NCBI GenBank assembly: GCA_034530615.2
Contig: JAVRCV020000028.1
Coordinates: forward strand, 64,001 to 128,000
Direction of reading: 5' to 3'
Origin: Aulosira sp. ZfuVER01
GTDB lineage: Bacteria; Cyanobacteriota; Cyanobacteriia; Cyanobacteriales; Nostocaceae
Length of the DNA: 64,000 bases
In this document: piece after piece, positions 31,582 through 40,667 of the stretch
Layout: every line of letters starts with the position of its first letter
Position numbering within the stretch: position 1 is the stretch's first letter
Made by a program: the position numbers and the translations under genes
The notes under the pieces: model-generated
Seen by the model: the letters and a program-made list of their open reading frames with translations, nothing else
Database searches by the model: none
Told to the model about the DNA's origin: nothing

Positions 31582-31947
31582 TTGTCATTTGTCCTTTGTC
31601 ATTTGTTATTGGGCATTGGGCATTGGGCATTGGGCATTGGGCATTAGTCATTTGTCAAAAGTTAGGCTTAAAGGTGTAACGTTCGTGTTTAAAGGTGCAG
31701 CTTCCGGCATCAAAGGCGCAACGTTAAGGCTAAAAGGTGCAATTTTCGACATTAAAGGCGCAACGTTGAGGCTAAAAGGTGCAACTCCGATATAAAAGGC
31801 GCAACATTCATGTTTAAAGGTGTAATCTCCAAGTTCCAAGGCGCAATGTTCAGGTTTAACGGCGTAATTGACGTGTTCACAACCCCAACCTCCGCGCTCA
31901 AAAGTTCAATCCCAATGCCCAATGCCCGATGCCCGATGCCCCATTCC
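31580..31947. repeat. Inverted STRR heptamer arrays enclosing a 10-unit 21-nt tandem array
   Basis: (TTGGGCA)n about 31609-31645; (CCCAATG)n about 31911-31947; AAAGGYGYAA core recurring every 21 nt from 31670 to 31878. Confidence 0.85.
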
Positions 31948-33768
31948 CTACTGATAACCCGCCGCTTGTAACAAGAATAACCTGGCATATTGTCCCCCTG
32001 CTTCCAACAATTCTTCGTGAGTTCCCTGTTCGACAACTTGCCCGGCTTCAATCACCATGATTTTATCTGCCATGCGTACTGTGGAGAAACGGTGAGAAAT
32101 CAAAAATACCATTTGATTTTGGGTAACGGTACGAAAATGATTGAAAATATCAAACTCAGCTTGGGCATCCATTGCTGATGTGGGTTCGTCTAATACTAAG
32201 ATATCTGCCCTCGTTCGCATAAAAGCACGAGAAAGGGCGATTTTCTGCCACTGTCCCCCAGAAAGTTCCTGTCCTCCCTTGAACCAACGACCAAGTTGCG
32301 TCCCAAAGCTGTCAGGTAACTGTTGAATAAACGGTTCCGCCATACCTTTTTGGGCTGCATTTTGCCAGCGGTTTGTATCTTCTAAATATTGGACATCACC
32401 AACGCCAATATTCTCTCCGACAGTGAATTGGTAGCGGACAAAGTTTTGAAAAATTACACCAATGCGCTGCCGCAATACCTCTATATCCCATTCTTGCAAA
32501 TCCACACCGTCAAGAAAAATCCTCCCGGAGTCGGGGGTGTAAAGTCGGGTGAGTAATTTGATTAAAGTTGTCTTACCGGAACCGTTTTCACCGACAATCG
32601 CCAGTTTTGCTCCTGGTTTTAAATGTAGAGAAATATTGTTCAATGCAGGCTTAGTGCTTCCTGGGTAAGTAAACGAGACATTTTCAAAGCGAATCCCATC
32701 TTGGGGATTAATACCTTTGGTAACTGTACCCCAAGGCTGTGGTGCTTCTACTTCGAGGAACTCGTAAAGATTAGAAAGATAAAGGTTATCTTCGTACATC
32801 CCCCCAATAGAAGTTAGGGCACCGGAAAAAGTAGACTGTCCTTGGCGGAACACGGTGAGATACATCGTCATATCTCCCAAAGAAATCCTACCCAAAACTG
32901 CTTCTACAACAATCCAAGCGTATGCTAGGTAAAATGCTACGGTACTTACCAAACTCAGGAGATATCCCCAAAGTCCCCGCCGTAAAGTTAAGTCACGGTC
33001 TTCGCCGTAAAGTTGATCGAAAATATTGCGATAACGCCTGAGTAGCATTCCTCCCAGTTGATAGAGTTTGACTTCTGTGACAAAGTCTTCCCTAGCCAAG
33101 AGATTTTCTAAATAATGCTGTTGACGGGTTTCTGGCGCGCGCCAACTAAACAGGCGAAAGGCTTGACCAGCAAATTTAGTTTCGGCAATGAATGCGGGCA
33201 TAGCTGCTACAATCAGCACAATTAACGCCCACACAGAGAACTTCACCAGCAAAATACCGTAAGTCACCAGTGAAAGGGCACTTTGCACTAAGCCAAAGGT
33301 GCGAGTGACTAAAGAAAGCGGACGCACTGATGCTTCTCGCCGCGCATTCAGGAGTTTGTCATAAAATTCTGAGTCTTCAAAATGCGTCAGATCCAGTGTC
33401 AGCGCCTTTTCTAAAATAAGTACATTCACGCGCTGACCTAGTAGCACTCGCAACAGAGATTGACAGACGGAGATACCTCGCTGACTACCTGCCAATAACA
33501 TGACAGCGATCGCTTCTAATCCCACATACAATAAAGGCTGCGTAATGTTATTATCTGCACCAGCTTGTGATGCCAATACCACCGCATCCACAATTAACTT
33601 CCCAATGTAGGCGATCGCTGCTGGTAAAAGACCAGCCACCAAAGTTAAAGTAGCAAGAATAATCGTTAAACTACGGCTAGTAGTCCACACCAAACCAATA
33701 GCCCGTCCGCTGTAACGGAATACTGCCAGTGATTGTCGCAGAGCCTTTCGTGTCTTTTTAGTCTTCAT
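31948..33768 (-). CDS. ABC transporter, fused permease/ATP-binding protein
   Basis: TM N-terminal half; GENGSGKT, LSGGQ and ILVLDEPT motifs. Confidence 0.95.
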   Translation of the reverse strand: MKTKKTRKALRQSLAVFRYSGRAIGLVWTTSRSLTIILATLTLVAGLLPAAIAYIGKLIVDAVVLASQAGADNNITQPLLYVGLEAIAVMLLAGSQRGISVCQSLLRVLLGQRVNVLILEKALTLDLTHFEDSEFYDKLLNARREASVRPLSLVTRTFGLVQSALSLVTYGILLVKFSVWALIVLIVAAMPAFIAETKFAGQAFRLFSWRAPETRQQHYLENLLAREDFVTEVKLYQLGGMLLRRYRNIFDQLYGEDRDLTLRRGLWGYLLSLVSTVAFYLAYAWIVVEAVLGRISLGDMTMYLTVFRQGQSTFSGALTSIGGMYEDNLYLSNLYEFLEVEAPQPWGTVTKGINPQDGIRFENVSFTYPGSTKPALNNISLHLKPGAKLAIVGENGSGKTTLIKLLTRLYTPDSGRIFLDGVDLQEWDIEVLRQRIGVIFQNFVRYQFTVGENIGVGDVQYLEDTNRWQNAAQKGMAEPFIQQLPDSFGTQLGRWFKGGQELSGGQWQKIALSRAFMRTRADILVLDEPTSAMDAQAEFDIFNHFRTVTQNQMVFLISHRFSTVRMADKIMVIEAGQVVEQGTHEELLEAGGQYARLFLLQAAGYQ

Positions 33769-33799
33769 TATTATTTTTATAGCGCGGAAACACCGCCCT

Positions 33800-33905
33800 G
33801 CGATCGCCTGCCCAATCTCAACTATTCGTTGGTTGCGTCTGGCATCTCTTAATTCTGCTTGTGCCCATTGTTGAGATACCCAGTTTTTTCAGTTGTTGAA
33901 GTCAT
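33800..33905 (-). pseudogene. N-terminal fragment of an IS4/Tn5-like transposase (frameshifted, truncated)
   Basis: Minus strand reads WVSQQWAQAELRDARRNQRIVEIGQAIA, similar to the Tn5-type DNA-binding N-terminus; ends at a HIP1 site. Confidence 0.55.
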
Positions 33906-34040
33906 TTATGTTCATCCACGCATTTGACTTTGTAAATCAAAATGAGCCTGACATAGAACTTGGTATGAACCTCTTACTAATAACCAGTGACAAATGACAA
34001 ACTCACAATTTGAATTTTATTTCACCTAAATAATTAAAAA

Positions 34041-34865
34041 ATGGAATTACTGTCAGAACCTTTAAGTGTCGAATATTTAAATATTGAAATTTTGGGATTA
34101 ACTAAGTCATTACGAAATACGCAGATAGTACAAATGTCAGATTTCCATTATGATGGACTGTTACTATCTGAAGAATTGCTGGCACAAGCAATTAATACTA
34201 GCAATCAAATTCAGCCTGATTTAGTACTACTTACAGGTGACTTTGTTACTCATAGTCCCAAACCAATACATCAACTAGCAAGTCGGTTGAAAGGCTTAAA
34301 AAGTCGAGCTGGTATTTATGCAGTTTTAGGAAATCATGACCTATATTTTCCTAACTCTAAAGCAGAAATTACCAGTGCTTTAACCTCTGTAGGTATCCAA
34401 GTGCTTTGGAATCAAGTAGCCTATCCTTTAGGTGCTGAGTTGGCATTAGTAGGACTTCCTGATTATTGGTCGCCGGAGTTCAACCCAGCATTGGTAATGC
34501 GTCAATTAAATGTTAATACACCTCGAATCGTGTTATCTCACAATCCAGATAGCGCCGAAGCAATGCAAAAATGGCGGGTTGATTTACAACTTTCAGGACA
34601 TACTCACGGTGGTCAAATAGTGATTCCCGGAATTGGTTCTGTACCTAGTTGGATTTATGCTTCTCGTCATGACATTCCCGAATTTCTCTGGACTTGGATA
34701 CCTTTTTTAAAAGGGAAATGGCCAAGAGTGGTGAAGAATTGGCAATGGAGTCAAGGTTTACATTGGGTAGGTACAAACAAGCTTTATGTAAATCGCGGTT
34801 TGGGAACATTTCCCCCAGGACGTTGGCATTGTCCTCCAGAAGTTACGGCGATCGCTTTAGTTTAA
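34041..34865 (+). CDS. Metallophosphoesterase (YkuE-like)
   Basis: SDFH, TGDF, GNHD, SHNPD, SGHTHGGQ and NRGLG motifs. Confidence 0.92.
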   Translation: MELLSEPLSVEYLNIEILGLTKSLRNTQIVQMSDFHYDGLLLSEELLAQAINTSNQIQPDLVLLTGDFVTHSPKPIHQLASRLKGLKSRAGIYAVLGNHDLYFPNSKAEITSALTSVGIQVLWNQVAYPLGAELALVGLPDYWSPEFNPALVMRQLNVNTPRIVLSHNPDSAEAMQKWRVDLQLSGHTHGGQIVIPGIGSVPSWIYASRHDIPEFLWTWIPFLKGKWPRVVKNWQWSQGLHWVGTNKLYVNRGLGTFPPGRWHCPPEVTAIALV

Positions 34866-35089
34866 CGGGAATATAGCTGCGTAACAGAGGTATCTTACGC
34901 GATCGCAGCGTGGCGAGAACATAGTCGGGTAACGCTCGTACTTCGCTAACAGCAGTCGCTCAACTTTTCGCAAAATCCAAAATCTAAAATGGTATTACAG
35001 GCAATTCTAGTCAATACTCGGCATACTTAAAGAGGGAGCGCGTTTAAACAACTCCCTGCTATCTGAGGCGTGAAGGTAAACCAGCGACA

Positions 35090-35629
35090 ATGAGACGTAC
35101 AACAACTAGTAGATCGGCTAATAGTTCTAGATCATCTTCAATTCCATCTTCCATCTTTAACTTCACCACCATAGCAATTTTGGGGGGAGTGTTTGTATTG
35201 GGAATTGGAATTGGTATTGCTTTTAGCTCGACAACCACTTTATCTCCATCGAATGTGGCTTCCCGTGAATTTATTGATACTAAAGCACCAAATCCTGAGA
35301 TTTGCGTGCAATACGGAGCCAGCGCTATGGTGATGGATGCCAGACTTTTTGTAACTCTTAACCCTTTCAATGTCTACGTTGCTCAACCTAGTATGCGCCC
35401 TGGATGCGTTCTCCGCCAAAATAACTGGGCACTTTTAGAGCAGCGAAAGCTGGTTACATCTGACCAAGTAAGAGAATGTAAAAATCGCCTGAACACTTTT
35501 GGCTTCACAGGTAACTTAGACACTGACAAACCTGATATTAGATGTATATATCAAAATGAAGCTGCTCAAAACTTCTTCATGTCTCAACCAGGAGCAGTTT
35601 CCGCACCGCAAGAAACGGATAGATTTTAA
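35090..35629 (+). CDS. DUF3172 domain-containing membrane protein
   Basis: Single TM followed by APNPEICVQYGASA...PGCVLR..NW; recalled synteny with psbI. Confidence 0.75.
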   Translation: MRRTTTSRSANSSRSSSIPSSIFNFTTIAILGGVFVLGIGIGIAFSSTTTLSPSNVASREFIDTKAPNPEICVQYGASAMVMDARLFVTLNPFNVYVAQPSMRPGCVLRQNNWALLEQRKLVTSDQVRECKNRLNTFGFTGNLDTDKPDIRCIYQNEAAQNFFMSQPGAVSAPQETDRF

Positions 35630-36077
35630 ATAGGCGTAAAGCTAGCGATCGGGTTCTTCTGCATTTATCGAAGGGCACTTGGTGAGTGTAAAACCTTCAA
35701 ATGCAACAGATTTCTGCGCTTTCTTAACACCCATAAATACTGAGGCGAAGCCAATTGTTTGCGATTATGATGGACGGCGGACTATAAAAAAATAGCGATT
35801 TTTCATAACTAGCTACTCTGTATCTACACCTGGAAACCTATGGCGCTAGGAAACGTCATCAGAGTAACCAGTCCACAACTTCTTAGTTAAGGGATATCTA
35901 AAAAACAGACAAACCCTCGACCAGACTTAATGATGTGCTGGAGAAATAGTTCTCCAACGCACCATAGTCTTCCAAAAAAGGGACGAGATTTGGGTAATAT
36001 AAAGGAGCTATCTTTTCTGCATAGCAGATACCGAGAGAGAGATTTTCTGTTTCTCATACCTTTTGGAGATATCTCTG

Positions 36078-36194
36078 ATGCTTACTTTAAAAATCGTTGT
36101 TTATATTGTTGTTGCCTTCTTTGTGACTATCTTCGTCTTTGGATTTTTGTCGAACGATCCAGCTCGTAACCCCGGTCGTCGGGATTTAGAGTAA
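36078..36194 (+). CDS. psbI: Photosystem II reaction centre protein I (not in ORF track)
   Basis: [45 protein letters not shown]. Confidence 0.97.
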   Translation: MLTLKIVVYIVVAFFVTIFVFGFLSNDPARNPGRRDLE

Positions 36195-36463
36195 AAGCGC
36201 GATTGATAATCCGCGTAGTAATGCCGGAAGGCCGAAGACACTAAAAGCTATGGACACTTGCTGGAATGGGAATTCACCCTCCAAACATTGGCTACAAGGA
36301 GGAAAATCCCAAAGTTGACCCAGAAGGAAACCCTCCTGGCGGCTTAGTGTTCTTGTCCGGCCAGCTTCCTGCAAAGAGGCAGACAGCAAAGTCGGAAGGC
36401 AAAAAGTGTAATTCATCCTTCCGGCTACTTATTGGCTATTTGTTAGCTTGATTGTGCTGAAAT

Positions 36464-39043
36464 ATGCTTCATCCAGTTCTGCCACCTGCACCACCTCCGA
36501 TTACGGAAGCGTTACAACCTGCAAAGACTACCTCATCTGCTAGTGATACCAAGTTTAATTTATTAATAGCAGTAGATACTGGGAACCAGGAAAATCAAGA
36601 GACATCCCAGCAGCAACAAGCAAAGCCACAGCCTTTAACTGTAGGGAAAAAGCAAAAGTCTCTGTCTCTGCCAGAGAGGCTGAAACTGAGTCGAGAGAAC
36701 TTAGTATTTTCCTCAACCCTAGCTAAAGTTAATCCCCCGGAAACTTTTCCACCAGAATCTTCTTCCCCAATTGCTCCGAAGAGTGCTGCATTGTTGGGGC
36801 AGCCATTAGCAATTGCTTATCCTCAAAATGGCAGCAGTAGCTTGGATAAGCCAGCCACTATGGTATTAGCCGATTCAGCCCCAGGTGCTACCAGCAATCA
36901 GAACTTGTTCCCAAATGCACAATTTACCCAACCAAAACAGCCATGTAATACTCAAACTGAGCAACCAGCCACAAGTAACAATATTGCGCCATCTGTTACT
37001 GAAAATACGCCGCCACCTCAACCGATAGAAAATACTATCGAATTCAAGTCTCGCAGTCCAACCAACGGGTCATCAACACCCTCAACAATAGAATTTAAAT
37101 CTCCGCAGCAACAAGTACCAGCACCTCAGGGAGACACAACAAATCAACCACCTGGTACAAATCCCCCAGCCAGCACACAGCCTACTAGACAAAGAACGGT
37201 AGAAGTTATTTCCGATCGCCAAATTTTTGACGACCAACGCCGGATTGTCACCGCCGAAGGAAATGTGGTAGTGCGATTTGATGGGGCAGTAGTGGATGCC
37301 GATCGCCTACAAATAAATTTAGATAACTTGATTGCTGTCGGAGAAGGCAACGTGGCATTGACACGTGGCGATCAGGTATTGCGAGGACAGCGTTTTACTT
37401 ATAACTTTATTCAAGATAGTGGAGAACTGCAAAAGGGTAGGGGAGAAATTTACGTTCCCACAGCAGAAAAAGATGTAGCTTTTTTACCCACAGATGTCAC
37501 CGCTGGAGGCATACCACAGCGTCCCGTGAGCGATCGCATTCGTTCCAATCAACCTCTGTCTGGTGTCAACAGTCCTGGAGGAATTGATATTACAGTCGGT
37601 GGGAGAGCCGATGCCAGAAACATTCCCCCACCAAAATCAGGAGGTTTAGTCAAACGCCTCCGTTTTGAAGCCGAAAGCATTGAATTTTATCCCCGTGGTT
37701 GGCAAGCCAAAGATGTCAGCATCACCAACGACCCTTTTTCACCTCCAGAACTAGTTTTACGCGCAGGGAATGTCACTCTAACACGGGAATCACCTTTAGT
37801 AGATAGAGTTAGAGCGCAGCAAGGGCGGTTAGTTTTTGACCAAAAGTTCGCTGTTGGTATTCCGCGAGAACAGCAGAGGATCGATCGCCGGGAACGTGAG
37901 GTGACACCAGCGATCGCTACCCCTGGTTTTGATTCCGATCAGCGTGGCGGTTTATATATTGAACGTGGTTTTGAGGTTATAACTACAGACCAAACAAGCT
38001 GGACGATCGCGCCGCAGTTTTTTGCGCAAAAAGCTGTAGAAGAAGGTACTGGAGATTTAGCAGGGCTGTTTGGACTCAGGAGCAAACTCAATGTGGTTTT
38101 GAATCCCAAGGCTGTAATTGAAGGTAAAGGCGAGTTAACCAGTCTCAACTTAGGTGAAGTTGAAAACAACCTCAAAGCTAGTTTGCGGTTGCGCCAAACA
38201 TTAGGCGATCAAAATCCCCATTTATTAAATCTAGAATACAGCTACCGCGATCGCCTCTATAACGGTACTCTGGGCTATCAAACAGTTCAAAGTAGTCTTG
38301 GTGGCGTACTCATTTCTCCCGTGATTCCTCTAGGTAAAAGTGGCATTAACCTCAGCTATCAAGCAGGTGCGCAGTATATTAATGCCAATACCGATCGCCT
38401 CGATCTCCTAGAACCTAATCGGGAAAACGATCGCATCTCCCTAGGTCGCCTCCAAAGTAGTGCTGCTCTCAGTGGTGGCTTGTTGTTATGGCAAGGGCAA
38501 CCATTACCGCCCACCGCTACTGAGGGATTACGATACACACCCAACCAAGTAGTTCCTTACTTGCGAGCGATCGCTGGTGTGACAGGTACTACTAGTTATT
38601 ACACCAATGGTGATAACCAAAGCACCCTAATTGGCACAATAGGTTTAGAAGGGCAGATTGGTCATTTTTCCCGACCTTATTTCGACTATACCGCCTTTAA
38701 TGTTAGCTATTCCCAAGGTTTTACTAGTGGATTATCGCCTTTTCTATTCGATCGCGCTGTTGACAATAGAGTATTGAGTGCTGGGATTACACAGCAAATC
38801 TACGGCCCATTTCGCTTAGGCTTTCAGACATCCGTTAACTTAGATACAGGTAGAGAAAGTAGCACCGACTATATTGTGGAATATAGCCGTCGCACCTATG
38901 GATTAACCTTACGTTACAATCCTGTACTCGAATTAGGCGGCATTAGCTTCCGAATTAGTGACTTTAACTGGAGTGGTGGCACCGATCCCTTCTCTGGAGA
39001 AGAAGTTAAGCCTGTTGTTGGTGGTGTGCGCCAGGAGCGTTAG
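36464..39043 (+). CDS. DUF3769 / LptD(OstA)-like outer-membrane protein
   Basis: Long Pro-rich N-terminus, OstA-like AEGNV repeats, C-terminal beta-barrel-like region ending FRISDFNW. Confidence 0.8.
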   Translation: MLHPVLPPAPPPITEALQPAKTTSSASDTKFNLLIAVDTGNQENQETSQQQQAKPQPLTVGKKQKSLSLPERLKLSRENLVFSSTLAKVNPPETFPPESSSPIAPKSAALLGQPLAIAYPQNGSSSLDKPATMVLADSAPGATSNQNLFPNAQFTQPKQPCNTQTEQPATSNNIAPSVTENTPPPQPIENTIEFKSRSPTNGSSTPSTIEFKSPQQQVPAPQGDTTNQPPGTNPPASTQPTRQRTVEVISDRQIFDDQRRIVTAEGNVVVRFDGAVVDADRLQINLDNLIAVGEGNVALTRGDQVLRGQRFTYNFIQDSGELQKGRGEIYVPTAEKDVAFLPTDVTAGGIPQRPVSDRIRSNQPLSGVNSPGGIDITVGGRADARNIPPPKSGGLVKRLRFEAESIEFYPRGWQAKDVSITNDPFSPPELVLRAGNVTLTRESPLVDRVRAQQGRLVFDQKFAVGIPREQQRIDRREREVTPAIATPGFDSDQRGGLYIERGFEVITTDQTSWTIAPQFFAQKAVEEGTGDLAGLFGLRSKLNVVLNPKAVIEGKGELTSLNLGEVENNLKASLRLRQTLGDQNPHLLNLEYSYRDRLYNGTLGYQTVQSSLGGVLISPVIPLGKSGINLSYQAGAQYINANTDRLDLLEPNRENDRISLGRLQSSAALSGGLLLWQGQPLPPTATEGLRYTPNQVVPYLRAIAGVTGTTSYYTNGDNQSTLIGTIGLEGQIGHFSRPYFDYTAFNVSYSQGFTSGLSPFLFDRAVDNRVLSAGITQQIYGPFRLGFQTSVNLDTGRESSTDYIVEYSRRTYGLTLRYNPVLELGGISFRISDFNWSGGTDPFSGEEVKPVVGGVRQER

Positions 39044-39044
39044 G

Positions 39045-39125
39045 AAGTGTGGTGAGTGTGGGGAGGATGAGGGAGATGAGGGGGACAAGGGAGAAAAATC
39101 ATCAATGCCCAATGCCCAATGACAA
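39045..39125. repeat. Short tandem repeats (GGGAGATGA / CCCAATG STRR type)
   Basis: Degenerate 7-9-nt tandem units between convergent genes. Confidence 0.6.
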
Positions 39126-39134
39126 ATACCATTT

Positions 39135-40655
39135 TCATTCATCATCTTCAGGCGGAGAAAATTCTGAATTTAGGGGCAAAATTATTGTAAAAGTTGTACC
39201 GACCCCTACTTGGCTGGTAACACTGATTTCACCATTGTGAGCTTCGACGCATCTTTTGACAATGACTAAACCCAGTCCATTACCCTGAATCAATTTTACA
39301 TTTGAAGCTCGATAAAACGATTCAAAAAGACGATTTTTGTCTGCTTCGGGAATACCAATTCCTTGGTCTTGAACTCGAAAAGTTACTCTACCTTCAACAG
39401 GATTGCATCTGAGATCGAGGTGAATTGTTCCGCCTGTAGGAGAATATTTCACTGCGTTTGAAAGTAGATTTCCTAACATATAATGTAAGAGGCGTTCATC
39501 CATCCAAGCCTCTGTAAAGTCATTGTTAGAGGTAAATACAAATTTATGCAAGTCACTTTCAATCAGAGAAAATTCTTCAATTAAATCTCGACAAAATGCT
39601 TCCAGGTTTATAGGCCCTGGATTAAATCCCAGTTTTCCTGCCTCAGATCGACCCATAAATAGAACATCTTCCATGAGGTGTTTCATGGTTTGCACAGCAC
39701 TTTGAATTCGCTTGACGTAGGTTTTTCTTTTTGCCTCTGATAAATTAGTTCCCTGAATTTCAATTAGCTCAATTGCAGTTTGAATCACAGTTAGGGGATT
39801 GCGAAATTCATGAGAAACAGTAGAGATAAATAAAGACTTGAGACGATTAACTTCTTGCTCTTTTTCCAAAGCTTGCTCGAGCAATTCTGTTTGTCGCCTT
39901 TCACTCATATCCCAAAAAACGACTACAACACCATTTACTTGATCTGGTCGTCGCATTAGGGGTGAAGCACTATCGCCAATTGGCACTCTTCTACCATCTT
40001 TGGAAATGAGGGAAATGTAATCTCCTAAATAAACAACATTATGCTCTCGCAGCACTTTTGTTACAGGATTTTCTATCGTAGCATCTGTTACTTCATCAAC
40101 AAGATTAAAAATCTTTGACACCTCAGTTCCTAAAGCATCTTCTTTTTGCCAGCCTGTCAACGTTTCAGATGCGGGATTCATAAATGTTACAAGTCCTCGC
40201 TCGTCTGTGGCAATTACAGCATCGCTCATTGAGTTTAAAAGGGTTGCCAACTGATCGCGATTCTCTCTTAGTTCGCATTCAAGTCGGTATTTTAACATAG
40301 CTATTTCTATAGCTATTTGTAAATCTTTGATAGTAAAGGGTTTAACAATATATCCAAAAGGTTGAGTAACTTTTGCCCGTTCTAAAGTATTAGCATCACC
40401 GTAGGCTGTGAGAAAAATTACGGGAATGTCTAATTGCCCACGAATATAACTAGCAGCAGCAATACCATCCATATCTCCTTTCAGGATAATATCCATTAAA
40501 ACTATTTCTGGTTTAGTTTCCAATGCCTTGGCAATGGCAACTTTTCCTGAAGAAGCTGTACCGGTCACAATATAACCTAATTGATTGAGTTGGCTAGCAA
40601 TAGTTCTGGCCACAATCACTTCATCTTCTACAACTAAAACCCTCACCTGAACCAT
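39135..40655 (-). CDS. Hybrid sensor kinase (REC-PAS-HisKA-HATPase)
   Basis: VLVVEDE/LMDI receiver, PAS, SHEFRNPL H-box, NLLSNAVKY and GNGLGL. Confidence 0.93.
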   Translation of the reverse strand: MVQVRVLVVEDEVIVARTIASQLNQLGYIVTGTASSGKVAIAKALETKPEIVLMDIILKGDMDGIAAASYIRGQLDIPVIFLTAYGDANTLERAKVTQPFGYIVKPFTIKDLQIAIEIAMLKYRLECELRENRDQLATLLNSMSDAVIATDERGLVTFMNPASETLTGWQKEDALGTEVSKIFNLVDEVTDATIENPVTKVLREHNVVYLGDYISLISKDGRRVPIGDSASPLMRRPDQVNGVVVVFWDMSERRQTELLEQALEKEQEVNRLKSLFISTVSHEFRNPLTVIQTAIELIEIQGTNLSEAKRKTYVKRIQSAVQTMKHLMEDVLFMGRSEAGKLGFNPGPINLEAFCRDLIEEFSLIESDLHKFVFTSNNDFTEAWMDERLLHYMLGNLLSNAVKYSPTGGTIHLDLRCNPVEGRVTFRVQDQGIGIPEADKNRLFESFYRASNVKLIQGNGLGLVIVKRCVEAHNGEISVTSQVGVGTTFTIILPLNSEFSPPEDDE

Positions 40656-40667
40656 TGACGTTTACTG

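Noticed and set aside
31670..31878. CRISPR array
   Set aside because: The constant part is only about 10 nt and the variable part about 11 nt, far below CRISPR repeat and spacer sizes; no cas genes
36215..36425. SRP RNA, 6S RNA or group I/II intron
   Set aside because: CCGGAAGG lacks the SRP CAGG/AGCAG context; no intron core elements recognised
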